Below, one piece after another: positions 6,237-14,688 of a stretch of DNA of 32,000 bases (position 1 is its first letter; every line of letters starts with the position of its first letter). Location: the sequence record OQ674104.1, one strand, 5' to 3'. Position numbers and translations under genes: made by a program. The notes beneath the pieces were generated by a model. It did not search any database, was not told where the DNA came from, and was given only the letters and a program-made list of their open reading frames with translations. Origin of the DNA: Salmonella phage KKP_3822.

Positions 6237-7889
6237 ATGAATATTTCCGCAGAAAAACAGTCCCAGATCACTAAACTTGCCGCTGATTTTAATTTCTATG
6301 GCAAGCGTTTACGCGCTACTAAATTGGAAGTTTGTGACGATATTTCAAAAGCTGTTTATGATACGCCGAAACATTCCACCGCGATTTGTGATTGGCTGGA
6401 AGCAAATAAACCAGCGAAACCGAAAGCGGCAAAAGCTGAAAAGGCGATTAAAAACGATGATCGCCCAGAAGCGGCGGGAATTGTTTCTAGTACCGTCGAA
6501 CAATGGGAAGTTAAATCCGGTCGCCGTTTTATTCTAACGTCGATTCAAAATAATACTTTCCCGCATAAAAACTTTTTAGCAAGTCTGGAAAAATTCGCTG
6601 AATATATCGGCGCTGAATTGCTAATCAGTAAATTCATTTATAATAAAAATGGATTCCAGAACGGGGAAGGTGCAAACGGTATTAAATACGATCCCGCATT
6701 TGATAAATATGTTTGTGATAAAAACGTATTTTTAAATAACCGCCGCTTTGCTTTCATGGCTGAAATTAATGTTTTGCCAACGGCTGATTATCCGCTTTCA
6801 GGATTCGCAGAAACCGCCACCGCTTTAAATATTGAAGGGCTGGCAATCGGTCACGCTAAAATCACCGCTGAAAGTGTGCCAGCGTTGAAAGGTGAAGTAG
6901 TACGCCGTATGTATTCAACCGGAACGGCTACACTTAAAAACTATATTCAGCAGAAAGCAGGTCAAAAAGCTGAGGCTTTACATAATTACGGCGCTTTGCT
7001 GGTAGAATTTGACGACGACGGCGAATTTTTTGTGCGCCAGCTTGAAACAATGGATGAAAGCGGAATGTTCTATGATTTGAATGTTTGCGCTATGCCTACC
7101 GGATGTTTTGAAACGTCCGATCATGTTCTAGGCTTGCAATATGGCGATATTCACGCCGAAAAATTAGATGATGGTTGCGCCATCGCTTCATGGGCTAGTG
7201 AAAACAGCTTGCTTGATATTCTTAAACCGAAATATCAGTTTATCCATGACGTACACGATTTTACATCCCGCAATCATCATAATCGCGCCTCTGGTGTATT
7301 CCTAGCTAAACAGTACGCCGCCGGACGTGACAAAGTTATTGACGATCTCATTGATACCGGTCGCGTATTGGAGTCAATGGAGCGCGATTTTTCTCAAACA
7401 ATCATCGTGGAATCCAATCATGATTTGGCGTTATCCCGTTGGCTTGATGATCGCAACGCTAACATTAAAGACGATCCCGCAAACGCCGAACTATATCACA
7501 GCCTAAACGCCGCTATTTACGCCGCTATTGCAAAACAAGATGATACCTTTAACGTATTGGATTATGCGCTTAGAAACGTTGCAGGTTGCGAATTTAACGC
7601 TATTTTCCTGACGACAGACCAATCATTTAAAATCGCTGGCATTGAATGTGGCGTACATGGTCACAACGGCATTAACGGCAGTCGGGGCAATCCTAAGCAG
7701 TTTAAAAAGTTGGGACGCCTTAACACTGGTCACACTCACACGGCTAGCATTTACGGCGGCGTTTATACCGCTGGCGTTGCTGGTAGTCTCGATATGGGTT
7801 ACAACGTGGGCGCGTCAAGCTGGACGCAAACCCATTTAATTACATACGCAAACGGGCAGCGTACTTTGATCGACTTTCAAAAATGGTAA
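6237..7889 (+). CDS. A1: T5 A1-like pre-early protein with metallophosphoesterase motifs, 550 aa
   Basis: Motif-like elements DVHDF, ESNHDLALSR (GNHD-like) and GHTHTA. Resembles T5 A1 from recall; upstream TGGAG. Confidence 0.8.
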   Translation: MNISAEKQSQITKLAADFNFYGKRLRATKLEVCDDISKAVYDTPKHSTAICDWLEANKPAKPKAAKAEKAIKNDDRPEAAGIVSSTVEQWEVKSGRRFILTSIQNNTFPHKNFLASLEKFAEYIGAELLISKFIYNKNGFQNGEGANGIKYDPAFDKYVCDKNVFLNNRRFAFMAEINVLPTADYPLSGFAETATALNIEGLAIGHAKITAESVPALKGEVVRRMYSTGTATLKNYIQQKAGQKAEALHNYGALLVEFDDDGEFFVRQLETMDESGMFYDLNVCAMPTGCFETSDHVLGLQYGDIHAEKLDDGCAIASWASENSLLDILKPKYQFIHDVHDFTSRNHHNRASGVFLAKQYAAGRDKVIDDLIDTGRVLESMERDFSQTIIVESNHDLALSRWLDDRNANIKDDPANAELYHSLNAAIYAAIAKQDDTFNVLDYALRNVAGCEFNAIFLTTDQSFKIAGIECGVHGHNGINGSRGNPKQFKKLGRLNTGHTHTASIYGGVYTAGVAGSLDMGYNVGASSWTQTHLITYANGQRTLIDFQKW

Positions 7890-7913
7890 ATTCTTTGCGT
7901 AATTAAATTAATC

Positions 7914-7934
7914 AGCGGGGAATATTCCCACGCT
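7914..7934. repeat. Palindrome family member 3, AGCGGGGAATATTCCCaCGCT (one extra base)
   Basis: Directly downstream of the A1 stop; differs from the 5859 copy by one inserted base. Confidence 0.7.
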
Positions 7935-8007
7935 TAAAAAGAAAAGTATTCCCGAAATTTATATTTAATTATTAAAAAAGTTAATTAAATAATCTGGAGT
8001 TTTAAAT

Positions 8008-8400
8008 ATGAAAAACCAAAACATTCCTTTTGATCGTGCTCAGTCTTCCATCGTTCTAGTTTATTCTAACGGCGAGCGTTATCACGTCGAAGCGGGGCAA
8101 GTTAATTTCGATTTGCTGAATTATAACGATGCTTTGCAGGTTACTACCTTTGCTTATGATACCGGCAAAGTGGCAAGCCATACAAAAGCAAAAGGCGTTT
8201 ACGCTGACACTTTGACAGTGCAAACAATCATTATTGATGCGCTTAAATCCGGTCTAGCGTTTGCGGTTGTTAAGCCGTGTCCGGTCTGCAATCCCGAAGC
8301 TAGCGCAATGGTTTATACTTGCGCGGGGATTCGTTCTAGCGTACATGGTGAAGATCTTAGCTTTATTGGTGACGCGCTAGCGTATGGCCTCACTAACTAA
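8008..8400 (+). CDS. Hypothetical pre-early protein, 130 aa
   Basis: TCTGGAG upstream of ATG; continuous ORF. Confidence 0.7.
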   Translation: MKNQNIPFDRAQSSIVLVYSNGERYHVEAGQVNFDLLNYNDALQVTTFAYDTGKVASHTKAKGVYADTLTVQTIIIDALKSGLAFAVVKPCPVCNPEASAMVYTCAGIRSSVHGEDLSFIGDALAYGLTN

Positions 8401-8416
8401 TAGTTAATTGAACATT

Positions 8417-8444
8417 GCCAGCTAATCTAATATAATTAGCTGGC
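8417..8444. repeat. Intergenic hairpin GCCAGCTAAT-CTAATATA-ATTAGCTGGC
   Basis: Perfect 10-bp stem. Confidence 0.65.
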
Positions 8445-8487
8445 AAGATTGAATTAACCTAAATCCCTTAAATGGAGAATGTAACAA

Positions 8488-9223
8488 ATGAATCAAGTCA
8501 ACATGAATATTACCCGCACTTTCCCGCATATTTCCCGCGTTATGATTTGGGATTTAGACGGAACGATTATTAATTCTTTCCATCGTGTAGCGCCTTGCTT
8601 TGATGATAACGGGAATTTAAATTTAAATAAGTATTCCCGCGAAGCCTGTAAACATGATTTAATTATGCAGGATTCTTTATTGCCGTTGGTTGAATATATG
8701 CGCCAATGTATGAGTGATGCAAATACATTAAATATTATTTGTACCGCGCGCCTAATGTCTAAAAGCGATTATTTTTATTTACGCAAACAAGGCCTGCGAG
8801 GGCGCGGAAATAGTAATATTCGCGTATTTTCCCGCGATACATTACATAAATACTTTGAAGCGGATAAGGTTAGCGAAATATATCACAGCAAAGACGCTGT
8901 TTATAAATCTTATTACTTTGAACTGTTTAAACATCTATATCCAAACGCTGATTTTACGATGATTGATGATCATAAAGGTGTATTATCGGCGGCGGCAAGT
9001 GCTGGATTTAAAACGCTGGACGCTCAAGCCGTTAATGATATCCTATCAATCGGGGTAACATTGATCGGTGAAACCTTTATTGATGAATCGTTAGATGATG
9101 ATAATGATTATCAATATCCTAGCCGAGCGTTTAAAAATGTGTTGGGAAGGTATGACCGAGGAAGAACGGGGAGAATATAGTACCGCTCCGCAACAGTTCA
9201 TTGATAAATTAAAAGTTGCCTAA
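8488..9223 (+). CDS. dmp: T5 Dmp-like 5'-deoxyribonucleotidase (HAD family), about 244 aa, C-terminus shifted
   Basis: WDLDGTIINSF motif. The track ORF ends at 9180, but frame +1 gives WEGMTEEERGEYSTAPQQFIDKLKVA stop at 9221-9223, implying one extra base near 9140. Confidence 0.75.
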
Positions 9224-9238
9224 CAATTTAAAAATAAA

Positions 9239-9275
9239 ATAGTCACACTGTGTTATGATAACATAGTGTGACTAT
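9239..9275. terminator. 37-bp near-perfect inverted repeat, terminator or cruciform-like
   Basis: ATAGTCACACTGTGTTAT-G-ATAACATAGTGTGACTAT, one mismatch, 16 bp after the dmp stop. It has no clear U-tract, so terminator function is inferred. Confidence 0.45.
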
Positions 9276-9413
9276 TAGCTTGCTAAGTACCGGGGCGGTA
9301 ATGAGACTCATTCTCATCTAGGGAACCTCTGGGCACACCTTCATGTGTAATCTTATGAAATTTGGCAAAAAGGTAATTAGCGCTAAACTTAGGAGGAACG
9401 CCTATCTACTGGC

Positions 9414-9635
9414 TTATTCTCCCGATTCTGACATACGAAATCTCCTCCGCGACGCCCGAGATCCATCCGACCACTCTCGCTCAAACTCCGCACGTTTCTC
9501 CGCAAACCTCCGCTCCCTTTCCGAAAGCTCCCGCGATACTCCCGCAATATATTCACGATGCTTGTTAATCGCTCCGAGTGTTCCGAAGATTCCCGCAAGC
9601 ACCCCGATAATGAAGATAGCTACAAAACTAAACAT
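9414..9635 (-). CDS. Membrane-anchored coiled-coil-like protein, 73 aa (MFSFVAIFIIGVLAGIFGTLGAINKHREYIAGVSRELSERERRF...)
   Basis: N-terminal TM helix and charged tail; overlaps the preceding gene stop. Confidence 0.6.
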   Translation of the reverse strand: MFSFVAIFIIGVLAGIFGTLGAINKHREYIAGVSRELSERERRFAEKRAEFEREWSDGSRASRRRFRMSESGE

Positions 9636-9822
9636 CTAATTCCCTCTCAAGTTGGTGAATACGTGCCCGATCATTACGTTGGGAGTCCAGTAACTTATCC
9701 ATATTAATGTTCAGTTGGGTGACTTTATCCTCTAGCCGCTGTATACGATTACGATGTGACGTCATATATCCAACAATCCAGACAAGCCATACTACAAGTG
9801 TAATAAGTCCTAACCAATCCAT
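9628..9822 (-). CDS. Membrane-anchored coiled-coil-like protein, 64 aa (MDWLGLITLVVWLVWIVGYMTSHRNRIQRLEDKV...)
   Basis: N-terminal TM; the start overlaps the stop of the upstream minus gene (TAATG). Confidence 0.65.
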   Translation of the reverse strand: MDWLGLITLVVWLVWIVGYMTSHRNRIQRLEDKVTQLNINMDKLLDSQRNDRARIHQLERELDV

Positions 9823-9926
9823 TATTTATCTCCCCGCAGCTTACGTTCAATTCGAGCTAAGTGGTTATCTAAAATACACTGCCCTATAATTACCACAACT
9901 AGTAAAGCAATAATTACTACTTCCAT
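9822..9926 (-). CDS. Tiny membrane protein, 34 aa (MEVVIIALLVVVIIGQCILDNHLARIERKLRGDK)
   Basis: Below track threshold; stop/start overlap with the 64-aa gene. Confidence 0.55.
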   Translation of the reverse strand: MEVVIIALLVVVIIGQCILDNHLARIERKLRGDK

Positions 9927-9927
9927 T

Positions 9928-10055
9928 ATAACCACCCCGCCATAGCTGCTAACCAAAAGAGTACAAAGATAAAGAATAACACAGTCCCGAATCCGAACCT
10001 ATTTATCCAACTTTCATACACTTCTCCCGCTTGTTCTTTTTCATTTATTTAGCTC
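9928..10055 (-). CDS. Small membrane protein, frame-broken (MKKNKREK... / ESWINRFGFGTVLFFIFVLFWLAAMAGWL)
   Basis: Hydrophobic minus-strand frame directly upstream of the 34-aa ORF; GGAGC upstream of ATG. Frame change near 10012-10030. Boundaries approximate. Confidence 0.45.
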
Positions 10056-10355
10056 CTCTTTCTTTGTTTTTACCTTTGAAATTCTAATATAGGTCCTGGT
10101 CTGCTATTGCTTTATTCACCGCATTTAGTTTTGTGTTAAAGTGACATCAGATATTTGATCTCCTATGGAATCGTGATCTCTGGGATGTGGGGGGCTGGTT
10201 GGTGCGTTTTGGGCTGCCTGTTGCTGCGGTGGTTCGCTTTCGCGCCCTTCCCTGGGTGGCGTGTGGTGCGGCGCTGTTGCTCCTGTAAACCCGGTATTTG
10301 GAAGATTCTAGCAATTGCACGAACCATTATGACTGTCCCGATAAGATCCATTACT

Positions 10356-10524
10356 TCAGTCGAAGCCGGATTCTTCTAGTAAGAAGGATGTTCCCATCAC
10401 GTCTTCTATTGTATCTTCTATGACGTCTTGAATGATTTCGTTAATTGCATCATGTTATTGCTTTAGTCCTGGGATCTATTTCAAAGTTAACAGGTTCCTG
10501 AAAGGACTTTTCTTCATCTTGCAT
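10356..10524 (-). CDS. Acidic protein, frame-broken (MQDEEKSFQEPVNFEIDPRTKAIT / DAINEIIQDVIEDTIEDVMGTSFLLEESGFD)
   Basis: Coherent acidic coding in two minus frames joined near 10450; may begin further upstream. Confidence 0.35.
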
Positions 10525-10764
10525 TGTGTTTGCTACCTGTACCTCATCCCAGAAATAAAAATTTTTGTTTACTTCGAGATCTTTTTACTTTATACTAATT
10601 ACAAGTGACCAGATTGTTCTAGTTTAAATTTGCAATCACCATATTTGAGATCAAACTGTGACAAGTCCCACCACCCAAACTTAGTGCGTATCTGAGTTTT
10701 AGGGAATCGGTAGCCCACAGTACGTGCTTCTCGAATATCTTAAGCTATAGTGTTGTTCACCAAC

Positions 10765-10871
10765 ATGACCATAAGACTTCACATATGGCTACTTACAAAA
10801 TGGCTTTGGAGCTGGTACACAACCAGTCAACATCTTACTGCTGCAACTACGATAGCTAGTAACTTTTTCAT
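10765..10871 (-). CDS. llp: Lipoprotein-like ORF (MKKLLAIVVAAV..MLTGCVPAPKPF..), candidate Llp-like lytic-conversion lipoprotein, frame-broken
   Basis: GAGGAACGAAT SD then ATGAAAAAGTTACTAGCT and a lipobox LTGC after a frame change near 10836. Located beside the receptor-binding gene as in T5 (recall). The 3' end is uncertain. Confidence 0.45.
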
Positions 10872-10954
10872 ATTCGTTCCTCTGTTTAATTTATAAATAT
10901 ATTATAGCAAAATAATAGGATCTAAGCAAATACATTTTTAAAGTAGGAGATTGT

Positions 10955-12750
10955 ATGAGTTTTTTCGCAGGAAAATTTAGTGATGGTAAAACTGTATTAT
11001 CTCTAAACGACTGCTAATGGTGGTGATACCGGTGAGCACTACTGTCCAAATACTAATAGTATCTTCCACTCAGATATGCCATTTGTTCTAGTTGATGGGA
11101 CTTATGAAGCGGCTCTAGGTAATGCAGGTAATGGTTACTTTGTTACTCAGATGCCTTGGGATATTATAAATATTAAATCTAATGATCCGGGTAGAGTTAT
11201 TTTAACTGCTATTGAGATAAACGGTACTCATCGTGGATTTCTGAATGGTACTCAATCTCAGGTTGGCCAGTTCTTATCATTCTTTGAAGACCCACCACGT
11301 GCTGGTGCTGAATTATCTGTAACATCTGCTTTTGCGATCGGTGATAGTTTAGCTCATGGTACTTATATCTATAATGGCTGGTCTTAGGTCATGAGGAATC
11401 TATTGCTAGGCAAGGTTCTGGTGGCAGTTTGACTCCAAGCCTCTGGTTTCCAGATCTTTAGACCTGGTGGTGTTTCTGCTGGTGAAGCCATTGCCAGAGC
11501 CTGGAGTCTTATGGGTTTTCCAACTGGTGTCTCTTCTGTTCCTTTAGATGGTGGTAACGCAGATTATTGGGATCCTAACTGGCAGGCGCCTATTGGTTCT
11601 GCTGATAGAGGCCATGATTGGTTTTATGTTTGTAGTTCTAATATTCGTGGCTTCGCAGGTAAAAAAGGCGTACTACCATTGATAACGTAAATTTGTTACT
11701 ACCAATCCTCCTGCTTTCCCTAATTAAGTATATGTTTGTAGGGGTTCTACGTCTAATATGGCTGCTCAAGTCACCTAGAAAGGTATATGTACAGGACTGG
11801 TACAACGTTACGCCAACTAAGGTTATTTGGTATGTACTAAATCTGCGCTATTCTAATGGTAGTATGGGAGTTTCTGGTAATCCATTTACCGGTTCAGATA
11901 TTCTTAATATCTCCTTCTAACTTTACTATTAAAGGGGTTAGCCTACCAAATACAGGGTATAAATTTATTAACCAGAATGCTTTCGGGAAACTTAGGCTAT
12001 CGCCCTGATATGGAGTATGTTGGTAATAACGCTGCGTATACCGGAGTTTTTGGTGATAATACTGCACGATGTGAATTTATCGGCTTCTAGTAATGGTGGG
12101 TTGTGGTCTCCTATTAATTATGGTGGTGCAGCTTCTCAAATTAGCTTATATAAATTTGGTGTAGGTAAACAATGGTATGTAGATACTAATACCAACTCCA
12201 TTGGTAATGAACATGGACCTGTGTGGAGTCCTAGTACTGTACCTCTCAGGTTATTCCCAGGCAACGTTGCAAGTACTTATGTAGGGGACGATATAACTCC
12301 TTCCTACCCTGGTGCTGGTGACTTTTATCACACCTTTGGCAACAGTTTGGTTGGGATTACCAAATGCTCACTCTACTGTTATATTAACTACTGAAGTTAT
12401 TATGGGTAATCTTAATACTGCTGGAATGCCTGTGCGTACTTACGGGGGTAGTGCTTGGCAGGTACAAGGTAGACGACAACAAAGTTATACTGCTGGTGAT
12501 GGTGTATTCCACCAGATTCTTACATCTGCCACCTGGATATCTAGTACCTTATCACAGTACAACTTCCTATAGTTATACACAGACTTGGGCTAGTAGGCCT
12601 GATGAGTTTGCTTTCCGTAGGAACGGATATATTTATACTATTAAAAACCTTGGTAATGGCAACGTTGAGTTGGGTGTTATCATTCACGCTGCAGAAGCAG
12701 CAGCTGTTTTCTTGCCAAGACTACGTGTAACAGTTCAACGCCTAACCTAA
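10955..12750 (+). pseudogene. oad: Receptor-binding protein gene (T5 oad/pb5-like), disrupted by at least 8 frame changes
   Basis: Starts AGGAGATTGT-ATG MSFFAGKFSDGKTVLSL and ends PRLRVTVQRLT, resembling pb5 termini by recall. Pieces in track ORFs 11076-11387, 11693-11920, 12017-12394, 12312-12572 and 12451-12750 join into one protein through successive frame changes. Confidence 0.7.
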
Positions 12751-12762
12751 AGGAGGTAATAT

Positions 12763-13245
12763 ATGGCAAATGATGTATTAGTTCCCGATCTCATGTCTCC
12801 CGAAGGCATGGATGTTATTGAAGCCTATTTACAGTGCGGTAGTGATGTTCCTGCCGCCGCTCGTAGTCTTGGAATGTCCGAGATTGCATTCCGTGATATA
12901 ATGAATCGTGGGGAAGTTAAAAACTATCTCAACGATATCTTTATGGAAAGTGGCTTCCGTAATCGTGACCGCTTATTCGGAGTTCTTGACGAAGTTATCA
13001 AGCGTAAGCTGGAAGAACTCGAAGAAACTGGCATGGGTTCTGACCAGGATATCATGGATATTCTCTGGAAGGCGCACAAGATGAAGATGGAAGAAATGAA
13101 AATGATGGTAGAACTGGAGAAAGTGAAGGCAGCAGCCCGTACTCCGGCTAACCAGACTAATATTCAGAATAATATTATTGCTGGAAGTGGTGACGAAAAC
13201 TATATGAATCTTATTACCGCTCTAGCAGGAGGAGGTAAGAGATAA
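12763..13245 (+). CDS. Terminase small subunit
   Basis: 160-aa HTH/coiled-coil-like protein preceding TerL; AGGAGG SD. Confidence 0.75.
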   Translation: MANDVLVPDLMSPEGMDVIEAYLQCGSDVPAAARSLGMSEIAFRDIMNRGEVKNYLNDIFMESGFRNRDRLFGVLDEVIKRKLEELEETGMGSDQDIMDILWKAHKMKMEEMKMMVELEKVKAAARTPANQTNIQNNIIAGSGDENYMNLITALAGGGKR

Positions 13246-14563
13246 TGAAAGTCTCTAGAGATTATATTAACACCACAGATGTTATTGACTTTGGTATTGA
13301 CAAACGATTCTTCCGTCTGCCAGTCTCTAGCATTCTAGCTCAAGAGGGGATTACACCTAATGCCCCTCAGATTGCAATCATTAATGCGCTGGAAGACCCA
13401 AGACACCGCTTCGTGACTGCATGTGTATCACGTCGTGTAGGTAAGTCATTCATCGCATATACACTTGGGTTCCTAAAACTTCTGGAAGACCTAATGTGAA
13501 GGTGCTAGTAGTTGCACCTAACTACTCACTGGCTAACATAGGTTGGTCACAGATTCGTGGTCTTATTAAGAAGTATGGATTACAGACTGAACGTGAGAAC
13601 GCAAAAGATAAAGAGATTGAACTAGCGAATGGTTCTCTCTTTAAGCTGGCTTCTGCGGCGCAGGCTGACTCCGCGGTTGGTCGTTCATATGACTTCATCA
13701 TTTTTGACGAAGCAGCGATTTCCGATGTTGGTGGTGCAGCTTTCGATATTCAGTTACGTCCTACCCTAGATAAGCCAAACTCTAAAGCTCTGTTTATTTC
13801 CACACCTCGTGGTGGTAACTGGTTCAAAGAGTTCTATGAGAAAGGATTTAACGAAACGCTACCTAACTGGGTATCTATTCATGGTACATATCGTGATAAC
13901 CCACGTGCTGACCTGAACGATATCGAGGAAGCGCGTCGTACTGTTAGTAAAAACTACTTCCGCCAAGAATATGAGGCTGACTTCTCCGTATTCGAAGGTC
14001 AGATCTTTGACACCTTCAATGCTATTGAGCATGTTAAAGACCTCAAAGGTATGCGTCACTTCTTTAAAGATGATGAGGCTTTCGAAACATTACTTGGTAT
14101 CGACGTTGGTTATCGTGACCCTACAGCAGTTCTTACTATCAAGTATCACTATGATACTGATGTTTATTACGTACTAGAAGAGTATCAGCAGGCTGAAAAG
14201 ACTACAGCTCAACACGCTGCTTACATACAGCACTGTATAGATCGTTATAACGTTGATCGTATATTTGTAGACTCCGCTGCTGCTCAGTTCCGTCAGGACT
14301 TGGCATATGAACATGAAATCGCTTCTGCTCCTGCTAAGAAATCTGTCCTAGATGGTCTGGCATGCCTACAAGCACTGTTCCAGCAAGGTAAGATCATCGT
14401 AGATGCTTCATGTACCTCATTGATCCACGCCCTAGCGAACTACAAGTGGGACTTCCAGGAGGGCGAAGAGAAATTATCACGTGAAAAACCACGTCATGAT
14501 GCGAACTCTCACCTTTGTGACGCACTGCGTTATGGAATTTACTCAATTTCCCGTGGGAAATAA
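13245..14563 (+). CDS. Terminase large subunit, split by one frame change near 13488-13492
   Basis: 13245-13499 (RRVGKSFIAYTLGFLKLLED, Walker A-like) continues as PNVKVLVVAPNYS in frame 2 if one base is restored in GACCTAATG. Walker B-like FIIFDEAA and nuclease-domain DVGYRDPTA, DSAA present. Confidence 0.9.
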
Positions 14564-14575
14564 ATAAGTATAGGA

Positions 14576-14601
14576 TGGGATACTACTCAGTTGGTATCCC
14601 A
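14576..14601 (+). terminator. Hairpin TGGGATAC...GTATCCCA downstream of terL
   Basis: 8-bp perfect stem spanning the predicted 14575 ATG; weak T-tract. Confidence 0.4.
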
Positions 14602-14633
14602 TTCCTGCATTTTAAATGCATTTTAAAATCCCC

Positions 14634-14662
14634 TTTACAAATTCGACATGATTATGTATACT
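14634..14662 (+). promoter_or_regulatory. Sigma70-like promoter TTTACA-17 bp-TATACT
   Basis: TTTACA 14634-14639 and TATACT 14657-14662, upstream of the GTG start at 14689. Confidence 0.6.
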
Positions 14663-14688
14663 ATATTCATACAGTTGAGGAGAATACT

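Noticed and set aside
7642-7839. 65-aa hydrophobic ORF inside A1
   Set aside because: Other-strand ORF inside the conserved A1 C-terminal motif region; no independent support.
10955-12750. True biological pseudogene of the receptor-binding protein
   Set aside because: Listed as pseudogene only because the frame is broken in this record. Frame changes recur in other essential genes, so sequencing error is favoured.
13245-13499. Possible intron or intein splitting TerL
   Set aside because: The two parts are contiguous with only a one-base frame difference; no intervening sequence.
14575-14688. N-terminal extension of the HNH protein
   Set aside because: The ATG at 14575 falls in the post-terL hairpin and the extension covers the promoter; GTG 14689 has an SD.
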